NCBI GenBank assembly: GCA_963711465.1
Contig: CAVQEG010000001.1
Location: forward strand, 2,462,332-2,526,331
Direction: 5' to 3'
DNA length: 64,000 nucleotides
Source: Chlorobiota bacterium
GTDB taxonomy: Bacteria; Bacteroidota; Ignavibacteria; OLB7
The translations under genes were made by a program, and so were the position numbers. How positions within the stretch are numbered: the stretch's first letter is position 1; each line of letters opens with the position of its first letter. This document shows positions 20,383-28,983 of the stretch, in pieces. The notes beneath the pieces are model-generated. The model worked only from the letters and a program-made list of their open reading frames with translations. It was not told the origin of the DNA and did no database searches.

Positions 20383-21633
20383 ATGGGAAACTCGCTAGTC
20401 GTCACTGAAACGGATCAACAGCTTGCAGAACTGGAGCTGGCAAGCGCCGACATGCGTATCCAACAGCGCATTCGCTTCTTACGGCTGCTGAAGAACCGTT
20501 CGAACGGATCTCCCAACGCCGTCGCAATCGAAGTGGGATGTTCGCCTCGTACGGCTCAACGCTGGTGGAATGCGTACCGCGACGGCGGTCTCGATGCGCT
20601 GCTAACCGTGGGGACCCCTGGTCGAAAACGCGATACGAAGCTTCCAGACCAGAAGCTCGATCTTCTGCGGTCCAAACTTGCGTCGGATGGGTTCCACAGC
20701 GTTTCGGAAGCACAGAGCTGGCTCCGCAAAGAGCTTGAGGTCGAGTATAGCCGGACCTCTGTGTGGAATATCCTGCGATCAGAGAGTGGGCGGCCTGCTC
20801 GCTGGACAGCTGCGGCCTCGGGACAGTACTTCATCGATTCACCACTTGCGCCACCACCGAATCAGGCACCGCTGTCACTGGCGTCTGACATGATTTCGTT
20901 TCTCAATGCGCTTCCGACGTCCTCCGACGCCAAGACCTGGGTTGGCGAGTTCCGGGAGGCACTTAGCAGGATGTTGGGCGACGTCGACCGCATATCGATC
21001 AACGTCAATATGAACTGCAATCTGCGAGATCCCGAAAGCTATACGGTTAGCCTCACGGTGCGGCAACACCTTTCGTCAGACGATGAAGGAGACGCCGCTG
21101 TCGACGTACAACCGGGGGCGCGTAACGAAGGCGCGACCGCATCAGAGGAGCTCGTGGCGGACCTTCGCCGGAAGGGCTTTCCCTTGGACGACTTCCATGA
21201 GCCAACCTGCTTTGACTATTACTATGCAGATGTTGCATATCTCGGCACGATGATTCTTTGGCGCGATCGGACGAAGACTCCGATCTCTGAAACAACTATT
21301 CAGACGGTGTCTCAACTACAACCCTTCATCGTGTTCGCCCTGAGCGACCTTGTGGTTCGAAATCAGCTGGAACGGCCGATCGACAGCGTGTTCAACGATT
21401 CGCTTCAGATTCTGAGAGATGAGGCGGGCTTGACGCCGTCAGAGTCCCGGATCGTGGTGCTCCAGTTGTTGGGACATTCATATAAGGACATGGCCGACGT
21501 GCTGGCAGTCTCTGTGGATACCGTGAAGAAGCACGTGAAGCAGATCCACAGGAAGACCAACACCCGCGGTCAGTCCGAGCTTTTCGCAAAGTACTTCACT
21601 TCGCGGATCAGTCTGCGCGAAGAGGAGGGATAG
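20383..21633 (+). CDS. Paralogous transposase-HTH / LuxR-HTH regulator
   Basis: The N-terminus AIEVGCSPRTAQRWWNAYRDGG...PGRKRDTKLPDQKLDLLRSKLASDGFHSVSEAQSWLRKELEVEYSRTSVWNILR is the same IS630-like pattern. The shared middle motif is YLGTMILWRDRTKTPISETTIQTVSQLQPF, against YCGSFILWRDRSKAPISESTLSTVDQLMPLF in the first copy. The C-terminal LuxR HTH is LTPSESRIVVLQLLGHSYKDMADVLAVSVDTVKKHVKQIHRKT. Confidence 0.7.
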   Translation: MGNSLVVTETDQQLAELELASADMRIQQRIRFLRLLKNRSNGSPNAVAIEVGCSPRTAQRWWNAYRDGGLDALLTVGTPGRKRDTKLPDQKLDLLRSKLASDGFHSVSEAQSWLRKELEVEYSRTSVWNILRSESGRPARWTAAASGQYFIDSPLAPPPNQAPLSLASDMISFLNALPTSSDAKTWVGEFREALSRMLGDVDRISINVNMNCNLRDPESYTVSLTVRQHLSSDDEGDAAVDVQPGARNEGATASEELVADLRRKGFPLDDFHEPTCFDYYYADVAYLGTMILWRDRTKTPISETTIQTVSQLQPFIVFALSDLVVRNQLERPIDSVFNDSLQILRDEAGLTPSESRIVVLQLLGHSYKDMADVLAVSVDTVKKHVKQIHRKTNTRGQSELFAKYFTSRISLREEEG

Positions 21634-21865
21634 CCCGAGAAGTTCCTACCACCCTCAATCGTCAGCAATCGCCGCCGAACCTAACGCTCCACCCCCGGCC
21701 CGGAACCGCAATTTCTGCGATTTTGCACAGATTCAGTCGAAAGGTCCACCCCGGAATCAACCTTTCAGTTGACAGATCTCCACCCAACCGCCCTCTACCT
21801 TTGCACCCGTAGTCAACCCGAAGAATTCCCCAAATGTGTACTTGTCGGCCTTGACGTCACGGGGC

Positions 21866-21873
21866 TATGTTTG
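21866..21873 (+). promoter_or_regulatory. Bacteroidetes-type sigma-A -7 element (TAtgTTTG) upstream of 21926 gene
   Basis: TATGTTTG is a perfect match to the Bacteroidetes TAnnTTTG -7 consensus. It sits about 45 nt upstream of the ATG at 21926. TTG-containing candidates for the -33 element lie 16-27 nt upstream. Confidence 0.45.
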
Positions 21874-21925
21874 CTACCGTCAGAAAGGCCGCTAGGTACA
21901 CTCGAACCAAATCGAGTGCCTCACG

Positions 21926-22465
21926 ATGAAAACCCTGAGCAGCCTACTGACGCTGGTGGTTCTGCTGACATTAAGCGCCTGGTCGCCAGCCGCTGCAGCT
22001 CCCCAGCCTCCGAATGCTGACTTGACGTACCAAGGATCGACCAGTGTCACAATCGACGCTTCGGGCCAGTGGCTCGGAACCGCTAGTGACAAGGACAAGG
22101 AGAAGCCGACGGGATCCGTCAGCAGTGAGATCTTTTTCTGGAGGACGGCCACCGGAAACATTCAGATCCAGCTGAACACCTCGTCAATCAGCTCCACGGG
22201 GTCGGCGATCGACAAGTTTAGCAGCGACGAGCTCTTTGAACTGCTTTCGAGGGCAGGAATCCAGAAGGCGATGCAGATGGGCCTGGTCACGTTGAACAGC
22301 AACACGACGGTATACACCGATGGTTGCTACACGCGGACGGGCTCCGGAAGCACAACCTCCTTCACCGTCTGCAGCCCGCGGGTCTACGTGGCCAACTGGT
22401 ATACGATCAAGGCCGATGGCACGATCGTCAAGACGGGCAGCAGCAACGGAGCCAGCCTCAAGTAA
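21926..22465 (+). CDS. Secreted hypothetical protein (signal peptide, Ser/Thr-rich)
   Basis: MKTLSSLLTLVVLLTLSAWSPAAAAPQ is a signal peptide. 179 aa with no recognisable domain. It lies in the lower-GC island. Confidence 0.55.
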   Translation: MKTLSSLLTLVVLLTLSAWSPAAAAPQPPNADLTYQGSTSVTIDASGQWLGTASDKDKEKPTGSVSSEIFFWRTATGNIQIQLNTSSISSTGSAIDKFSSDELFELLSRAGIQKAMQMGLVTLNSNTTVYTDGCYTRTGSGSTTSFTVCSPRVYVANWYTIKADGTIVKTGSSNGASLK

Positions 22466-22507
22466 GCAGTCAGTCAGATTGAAAACCCAACAGATTCAGC
22501 CGATTGA

Positions 22508-22546
22508 GACCCCGCTCGCTGCCTTGTCCGGGCAGTGAGCGGGGTC
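22508..22546 (+). terminator. Stem-loop (intrinsic-terminator-like) downstream of 21926..22465
   Basis: gaccccgctcgctgcc-ttgtccg-ggcagtgagcggggtc, a 16-bp stem with one mismatch. No U-tract follows, which is common in this lineage. Confidence 0.5.
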
Positions 22547-22689
22547 AAAGCGGCACACGGATCGCCTCCACGTCCCGGAGGTGAGGGTTCAGACAGACGA
22601 GAGGTCCCGAGCAATGCCGAGAAGGTCCGCAGGTCCGACCTACTGCGCTAACTCCCGAACCGTTCGTTCCGTTTGAGTCACAAGGTGTG

Positions 22690-23960
22690 CCCAGCACTCG
22701 ATGCGGGGAAGAGGTCACCCCGTCTTGAGACGACGTGCCCGACAGGCATTGGGGTAGTATGAGAAGTCGGCGTCCTGCTCGTACTACCCCAATGGAATCC
22801 GCGGGCAAGTCCAAAGAAAGTTCAAGGGTCCAACGGTCCACGGTCCAGGTCCATTCGCCAATACCTGCCAAATCCCGTTACCCACTGCCTTGACAACCAA
22901 GAAGATGTTTCAGAGTGCCCTCTCTGTAACGAGCTCGAGCGAACGCCATGAGGTAAGATTGCTTCGCTTTTGAGCACCATGCCCGACCGGAGCGAAGGGG
23001 AACAGGTTGCCCCGAGTTGCGCTCCATGCCCATTGAGTTTCAGGGGACGGTATGAAGGGCCAATGCCCACGGCACTTCATACCGCCCCTTCGAGACACGG
23101 GCGAGCAGGGTAGAGATGAGAGGCCTTCTGCTTGAGAGTTTCGAACTGTTCATTGTCTTTGTTTGTGCCCCTTCTGCCGGCCTGATGTGGGAAAGAGGTC
23201 ATCCCATCCAGGCCCACAGTGCCCAGAGTGCCCCTCCCCGGTGCCCACCGGCGACGGGCCGTGCCCAACAGGTTGCGTCTGGTGCCCTTCAGACGAAACC
23301 AGTGCCCAAACGGAGCCGCGGCGGCGATGAGGTCTGCTTCCGCTGGCTCCAGTGCCCAACAACTCTGCGGGACGGTATGAGGTTGGCTCGATCCCACAAT
23401 CGAGTGTCTCATACCGTCCCGAACGGGCCGGGGGGCCGAACAGACAATTCGAGCAAATTCGCAGAACGTGTGTGATGTTCTTTGGTTTTGTGCCCAGACA
23501 GTTCGGGAGCCCGGGATCACGAGGTCCGATTCCGCACTCTCGATTCAGTGCCCAGCACGCTCATCGTGGGAAAGAGGTCATCCCATGTGAGCAATGTGCC
23601 CAACATGGCTCGGCCGGGAATGAGGTCTCCCCGTCGAGTTGTGCTCAACCCGGAATCGCCGGCTTATGAGGTCAAGCCCGTGATTCCATGCCCAGAAGGC
23701 GGGCAATCGAGGTTACCGCCGGTCCCACAGCCGGTTCGTCTCGTACGCTCGTCATGATGCTCGGCAGGACGTTGAGGTCAGTTCCTGCCGGGTGATGTGC
23801 CTATCGGAATGCTCCGGATGAAGGAAGAGGTCACCTTCGTCCCGAGCAGTGTGCCCAGCAACAGCTCGGGGCGGTCGCCAACACCACTGGCAACCGCCCC
23901 ATTTTTTTGCCCTGTTCCGTCGCCGACCGCCAGTCGCCGTGCCCACAGCCGCCGCTTCCT
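22690..23960. repeat. Non-coding region saturated with GTGCCCA (about 19 copies) and GAGGTCA (about 9 copies) motifs, degenerate ~350-bp tandem units with conserved hairpins
   Basis: GTGCCCA[A/G] recurs with about 20-bp spacing in 23218-23352 and occurs elsewhere in the region. The 18-mer GGGAAAGAGGTCATCCCA is repeated exactly at 23187-23204 and 23567-23584. Hairpin stems GGGACGGTATGA[A/G]G...C[T/C]TCATACCG[T/C]CCC occur at 23044-23093 and 23374-23424. There is no credible ORF across about 1.5 kb. Confidence 0.6.
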
Positions 23961-24024
23961 CCGCTTCCCCTATTTTTGTCCTCAGATACGACCCATCTCT
24001 CTCGATACCATCTGAGGTTCTCCT

Positions 24025-25221
24025 ATGCGATTCGCACAGCGAATGTCGCGGCTCGGCACCGAAACCGCCTTCGAAGTGCTCGTCCGAGCCCGAAAACTCG
24101 AAGCCCAGGGACGCGACATCGTCCACCTCGAAATCGGCGAACCCGACTTCGATACGCCGGCGAACATCGTCTCCGCGGCCAAGTCAGCCCTCGACCACGG
24201 ATACACCCATTACGGCCCCTCCGCCGGCCTCCCCGAGGCACGCGAGGCAATCGCCGCCTATATCGAGCGCACCCGCTCCGGCGTCCGCTGTACACCCGAG
24301 CAGATCGTCATCACGCCCGGCGCCAAGCCCATCATGTTCTACGCAATCATGGCGACCGTCGATGAAGGCGACGAGGTGATCTATCCGAATCCGGGCTTCC
24401 CGATCTACGAGTCGGTGATCAATTTCCTCGGCGCCCGCCCGGTTGCCCTTCCGCTTCGCGAAGACAAGGGTTTTCGCTTCGAAATCGACGATCTGGAGTC
24501 CAGGATCACCGACCGCACACGGATGCTGATCATCAACTCCCCGCAGAATCCCACCGGCGGCGTGCTTGAACACAGCGATCTGGCTCGCATTGCGGAACTG
24601 GCCGTCAAACACAATTTCCTCGTGTTTTCCGACGAGATATACTCCCGCATCACCTACGACGGGTTCCAGCACGAGTCGATTCTCCAGTTCGATGGCATGA
24701 CCGAGCGCACCATCATGCTCGATGGATTCTCGAAGACATATGCGATGACCGGGTGGCGCCTCGGCTACGGAATGATGCCCGCGTCACTCGCAGCCGCCGT
24801 GGCGAAACTGCAGACGAACTGCACCAGCTGCACCGCCGGGTTCAGTCAGATCGCAGGAATCGAAGCGCTAGGAGGCGATCAGTCGGCCGCAGATGCCATG
24901 ATCCAGGAATTCGGCCGCCGCCGCGACGTGATCGTCGATGGCCTCAACAGCATTCCCGGCTTCCGCTGCCACAGACCGCATGGCGCCTTCTACGTGTTCC
25001 CCAACATTGAAGGCACTGGATTCTCCTCACAACGCATGGCCGATCACCTGCTCGAGGAAGCGGGGGTGGCGTGTCTCAGTGGAACCTCATTCGGTCAGTT
25101 CGGCGAGGGATTCATCCGGTTCAGCTACGCGAATTCCATCGAAAACATCGAAAAGGCCCTCAATCGTGTCGACGAGGCCGTGCGGAAGCTCCGTTCGTCC
25201 GGATCGCGCGTCGAAGCCTGA
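24025..25221 (+). CDS. Pyridoxal-phosphate-dependent aminotransferase, class I/II (aspartate/aromatic aminotransferase-like)
   Basis: MSRLGTETAFEVLVRARKLEAQGRDIVHLEIGEPDFDTPANIV is class-I aminotransferase. FSKTYAMTGWRLGYG carries the PLP-lysine motif. The length is 398 aa. Confidence 0.85.
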   Translation: MRFAQRMSRLGTETAFEVLVRARKLEAQGRDIVHLEIGEPDFDTPANIVSAAKSALDHGYTHYGPSAGLPEAREAIAAYIERTRSGVRCTPEQIVITPGAKPIMFYAIMATVDEGDEVIYPNPGFPIYESVINFLGARPVALPLREDKGFRFEIDDLESRITDRTRMLIINSPQNPTGGVLEHSDLARIAELAVKHNFLVFSDEIYSRITYDGFQHESILQFDGMTERTIMLDGFSKTYAMTGWRLGYGMMPASLAAAVAKLQTNCTSCTAGFSQIAGIEALGGDQSAADAMIQEFGRRRDVIVDGLNSIPGFRCHRPHGAFYVFPNIEGTGFSSQRMADHLLEEAGVACLSGTSFGQFGEGFIRFSYANSIENIEKALNRVDEAVRKLRSSGSRVEA

Positions 25222-25363
25222 TCCTCCGGAGCATCTCATATGAACGACGCCCCTTCCGAATTCTCGGAAGGGGCGTCTATGTTGAATATCGTTCAGCAAT
25301 TCTGGCGCATCACCTGTCGAATCGGATCCTGCGCCATCGGTCGGTGGCCATGCTGTAGCACGT

Positions 25364-25813
25364 TCAACGCATGGCTGCCTTCGGAACGGCCTCACGGACG
25401 ATGGCCCGCAGCGTCTCGAACCCGACCTGATCGCTCGTCAGATCGATCTTCGTCACGGGCTGATTCCCCTCGCCCCTTCGACGGTTCGACAGATGCAGCA
25501 CGACGTACGGATGCTTGCTCAGTCTGACCTCCTCCTCATAGAAATCGGTGATATCCTCCCATCGGAGCGAACGGACCCGCTGGAACAGATTGCGCATACG
25601 CACGCCCTCGCTGTCGACCCGGACCCAACGAATGGTCCACAGTTGCCAGATGGCGATTCCAGCAATAATTGCCCAGATCACAACAGCACCGTTCAACGAA
25701 CCAGAGGCTATCAGGCCGTAGACCGCAATAACGCACGTACCGATCCAGAGAGCAACGAGCAGCTTCTTCGGCGGAAAAATGCGTGGTATGTCGAGAACCG
25801 AGAGATTGGGCAT
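25364..25813 (-). CDS. Small membrane protein, unknown function
   Basis: Trimmed from ORF 25364..26032 to ATG at 25813 (MPNLSVLDIP...). Two N-terminal TM helices (LLVALWIGTCVIAVYGLIA, AVVIWAIIAGIAIWQLW) precede a soluble tail. It sits 4 nt downstream of the recQ stop. Confidence 0.5.
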   Translation of the reverse strand: MPNLSVLDIPRIFPPKKLLVALWIGTCVIAVYGLIASGSLNGAVVIWAIIAGIAIWQLWTIRWVRVDSEGVRMRNLFQRVRSLRWEDITDFYEEEVRLSKHPYVVLHLSNRRRGEGNQPVTKIDLTSDQVGFETLRAIVREAVPKAAMR

Positions 25814-25817
25814 GTGG

Positions 25818-28310
25818 CTACCCTGTTGGTTTTCCGTCACGATCCGGATTGATCGCCCGCAGCGTCTCGGTCCGCACCCAAGCGGCGGCAATCCGCAGCT
25901 GCGGGTACTCGACAGCCCCGCCCAGCAGCGCGCGGAGCTCGCGCAGCGTCGCCCTCGGCATCCGCTCGAGTTCGTCGCGCACCCGCCGAACGATCCCTCC
26001 GGTGACGAAGTGCTCGATCGGCATCGCCGCACCCGCCTCCAGAAGCTCCTGCACGTGGTTGCTCACCGTCGATGGCTGCAGTGCCGAACGCCCCGCTATT
26101 TCCTCGAGAGAACACCCCTCGCCCCAGAGTTGATACGTCCGAAGCAGCCGAATCGGAAGCTCCCGCTCGAACGGACTTGCCGCCCTCGGCTCGTCCTCGT
26201 CCCGTTGCTCGCCTGCGCCGGAAATACTGAATACTGTTAAAGAAAGATGGCGCACCTTCGCGCGACCAGCAGACGTGGCGCGAACCACCGGCCGCATCGT
26301 CGCGCTGCGTTCGAGCAACCGCCGCTCGAGCAACCACTCCGCCAGTCGTGCCAGTTCCGTTCGCTCAATGTCCGCAAGTGCTCCGAATCGCGGATACCGT
26401 TCCAGTTCGGCCGATGAAGACGTTGCAGGCCGCACACCGCGAAGGATGTCAACGAGGGTCATCTTCCCGAATCGACCGCCAAGTTCGACAGCGGCGGCCA
26501 GCAACAGGTCGGCGGCCCGCCGGTGTCGCGGGGAGAGTTCGGCGTCGAAACGCGCGACCGGCGTCGGATCGACGTCGATTCGCGTGCAGCAATCACAGCG
26601 ACCACAGGTGGAATCGGCGATTTCCGCACAGAAATACTCGAGAATCACGTTTCGCCGACACGTCGTTCCGTTGACATATCGCACCATCGCATCGAGCTTC
26701 CGAAGCGACCGTTCCCGCCCCGATTCAATGGCCGCTTCATCGATCCGAACGTTGCGGGCCGGGAGCCGTTCGGCCAGGAACTGGACTCCACGACCGGGAG
26801 TCGGAGGAGTGAACTCGAGCAGACCCGCCGCCATGAGCGCGCGCAGGTGGCGTTCGAATGCCACCGGTGACAGCGAGTAGCGCCCTGCGACATCGGTGAA
26901 GTTGAAGAACGTCTGCTGGGTGAGCGCCGCGCCGCCCAGCGTCCGTAGCAGAGCGACGATGGCCGACCTGCGCTCCTCATCGCGCGTTCGCTCGAAATAC
27001 CGCTGAATTTCGTCGCTTCCGGCAATGAACCGCACAGCGGCGAGGCGATCGGCCCGTACGAACCGCAGAACACCGTTACGCTCGAGCACGTTGAGCACGC
27101 TCGACAGCGCCGCCACGTGAATTTTCGCACGCGCCGCAATCAAGGTGCGGTCTGGCACGAAGACGCCCTCACAGCGGCTTCCAAGGCCCACCTGGAGCAC
27201 ATCCCAGAGTGCATCGTAGACGGCGTTGACCTGATCCCGGGTCGGGCAGCTGGTTCGAATGAAGAATTCCTGGAGTCGCCGCTCTCCTCCATCGGCCAGC
27301 AACGTGCAGGCAGCGGGATTTCCATCACGGCCGGCACGCCCTGCCTCCTGGTAGTACGCCTCGATCGAGCCCGGCATGTCGTAGTGCACCACCTGCCTGA
27401 CGTCCGGCTTATCGATCCCCATTCCGAAGGCGTTGGTCGCCACGATCACGCGCGCCCTGCCGGAAATAAAGGCCTCCTGCGCCGCTCGGCGGTCTGCATC
27501 CTTCATCCCGGCATGGTAGATCGTGACCGGCAGCCGCTCGGCGTGAAGCATCGTACCGACGCGCTCGACCGACCGTCTGGTGCCACAGTACACGATCACC
27601 GACCCCTGATCTGCTCCCGGCGCCGTGAGCATGCGGCGCAGTGTCGCATCCTTGTCGGACCCCTGAGCAACGGAATAGGCCAGATTCGGCCGATCGAAAC
27701 CGCGAACGAACCGCCGCGGACGTTTCAGGCCCAACTGGCGGACGATGTCTTCCTGGACGGAAGGCGTGGCAGTGGCGGTCAGGGCGATGACGGGAGGACG
27801 GGCAAAGTGCTCCAGCGCTTCGCGAAGCTTGAGGTAGCTCGGGCGGAAGTCATGGCCCCACTCGGAGATGCAGTGTGCCTCGTCAATGGCGAACAGCGCG
27901 ATGCGAACGCCGGCCATCTGCTCGAGGAAGCGGGGGTTCTCGAAACGTTCGGGAGCAACGTAGACGAGCGAGTAGAGTCCGTGGCGGATGTCGTTCAGCC
28001 GCTGGGAGAGTGCGCCGAATTCGAGTGTGGAGTTGATGGTCGTTGCGCGGATGCCCCGTTGCTCAAGTGCATCGACCTGATCCTTCATCAGGGCGATGAG
28101 CGGCGAAACGACGACGGTCACACCCCGAAGCAGCAGAGCCGGCACCTGGTAGCAGAGCGACTTGCCACCGCCGGTCGGCATGACGACCAGCGTGTCATCG
28201 CCGTCGAGGACCGACTGGATGATCTCGCGCTGAGCGGACCGAAAGTCTTCGAAACCAAAGAAGCGCCTCAGCGCCTCGGCTGGCGACGACGGACGAGCTG
28301 CCTCGAGCAT
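25818..28310 (-). CDS. recQ: RecQ-family ATP-dependent DNA helicase with long C-terminal extension (HTH-like)
   Basis: FGFEDFRSAQREIIQSVLDGDDTLVVMPTGGGKSLCYQVPALL carries helicase motif I. A DEAH box is present (FAIDEAHCISEWGHDFRP). The RQC zinc motif is CRRNVILEYFCAEIADSTCGRCDCC. Trimmed to ATG at 28310, giving 831 aa, about 230 aa longer than E. coli RecQ. Confidence 0.85.
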   Translation of the reverse strand: MLEAARPSSPAEALRRFFGFEDFRSAQREIIQSVLDGDDTLVVMPTGGGKSLCYQVPALLLRGVTVVVSPLIALMKDQVDALEQRGIRATTINSTLEFGALSQRLNDIRHGLYSLVYVAPERFENPRFLEQMAGVRIALFAIDEAHCISEWGHDFRPSYLKLREALEHFARPPVIALTATATPSVQEDIVRQLGLKRPRRFVRGFDRPNLAYSVAQGSDKDATLRRMLTAPGADQGSVIVYCGTRRSVERVGTMLHAERLPVTIYHAGMKDADRRAAQEAFISGRARVIVATNAFGMGIDKPDVRQVVHYDMPGSIEAYYQEAGRAGRDGNPAACTLLADGGERRLQEFFIRTSCPTRDQVNAVYDALWDVLQVGLGSRCEGVFVPDRTLIAARAKIHVAALSSVLNVLERNGVLRFVRADRLAAVRFIAGSDEIQRYFERTRDEERRSAIVALLRTLGGAALTQQTFFNFTDVAGRYSLSPVAFERHLRALMAAGLLEFTPPTPGRGVQFLAERLPARNVRIDEAAIESGRERSLRKLDAMVRYVNGTTCRRNVILEYFCAEIADSTCGRCDCCTRIDVDPTPVARFDAELSPRHRRAADLLLAAAVELGGRFGKMTLVDILRGVRPATSSSAELERYPRFGALADIERTELARLAEWLLERRLLERSATMRPVVRATSAGRAKVRHLSLTVFSISGAGEQRDEDEPRAASPFERELPIRLLRTYQLWGEGCSLEEIAGRSALQPSTVSNHVQELLEAGAAMPIEHFVTGGIVRRVRDELERMPRATLRELRALLGGAVEYPQLRIAAAWVRTETLRAINPDRDGKPTG

Positions 28311-28358
28311 GGATTGATGGAGCGATCGTTGGGGACGAAACGTTCCCAATATAAAAAA

Positions 28359-28608
28359 CGGAGGCTGGTGGTCCAGACCAGCCTCCGTGTCCTTGAACAA
28401 TCAGTACTGAAGCATCGAGAGAGAAGGTGAGCCGGTGGTCCAGACCGGCTCACCCATGTTCTCATCGATCGCGCGCCCAGGGTATTCCCCGTGATGATTC
28501 CGACCGCGAATGTAGTGCCTCGAATTCCGGTGGTCCAGACCGGGATATTCGGTGAGCACTACGGACCGGAATCGGGGTCCGTTCGTCGTGGTCCGAACGA
28601 GCGAACGG
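28359..28608. repeat. Tandem hairpins with variable stems and conserved 7-nt loop GGTCCAG (CTGGACC on the other strand)
   Basis: 28359-28385 is ggaggctggT-GGTCCAG-Accagcctcc. 28425-28453 is ggtgagccggT-GGTCCAG-Accggctcacc. 28526-28542 is ccggT-GGTCCAG-Accgg. 28579-28608 is ccgttcgtcgT-GGTCCGA-Acgagcgaacgg. Stems differ in sequence but stay complementary, which is compensatory change. Related aGGTCCAGG copies lie at 28647-28655 and 28752-28760. Confidence 0.65.
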
Positions 28609-28983
28609 CTGTACGCGCATGACTATCAACGGTGTCAGCGAGCGGGAGGTCCAGGCCAGCTCATCTGACGTATCGGGCGACGTGGGCACGGGCCGATCCG
28701 GCAAACCGGAACTCGACCGTTAAGAATGCAGCATACCGGGTTCGAGGTGGGAGGTCCAGGCCCAGCCCGAGCGGTGATCTGCGATGTCACCCTGATAGTC
28801 AAAGAACAACGAACGAGGGTGTCCCCCAGCTGCCTTCTCCCCGTGATACTCGATACGGAAACCGCGTGGTGACTCGTTCCGTATCTCGACCGCGAGGGGC
28901 ACACTGGCCGCTCATTCGTCGCGGTTACGGATGCAAAGCTAGGGTTGCGGGCGGTGGAGATCCGTCAGCCAAAAGGTGGAGAA

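Noticed and set aside
18941-21633. Annotating the two HTH proteins as IS630 transposases / mobile elements
   Set aside because: Only the N-terminal DNA-binding module resembles a transposase. There is no DDE catalytic domain and there are no flanking terminal inverted repeats or target-site duplications. The C-terminus is a LuxR HTH.
22470-24024. CRISPR array or coding gene in the motif-rich region (ORFs such as 23077..23520, 23116..23475)
   Set aside because: There is no regular repeat-spacer periodicity; motifs are 7-8 nt at irregular ~20-bp spacing. The overlapping ORFs are short, low-complexity and mutually exclusive.
28359-28608. REP/BIME elements or simple intrinsic terminators
   Set aside because: REP families conserve the stem sequence, whereas here only the loop is conserved. 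Three consecutive hairpins without U-tracts in an intergenic region are not explained as terminators.
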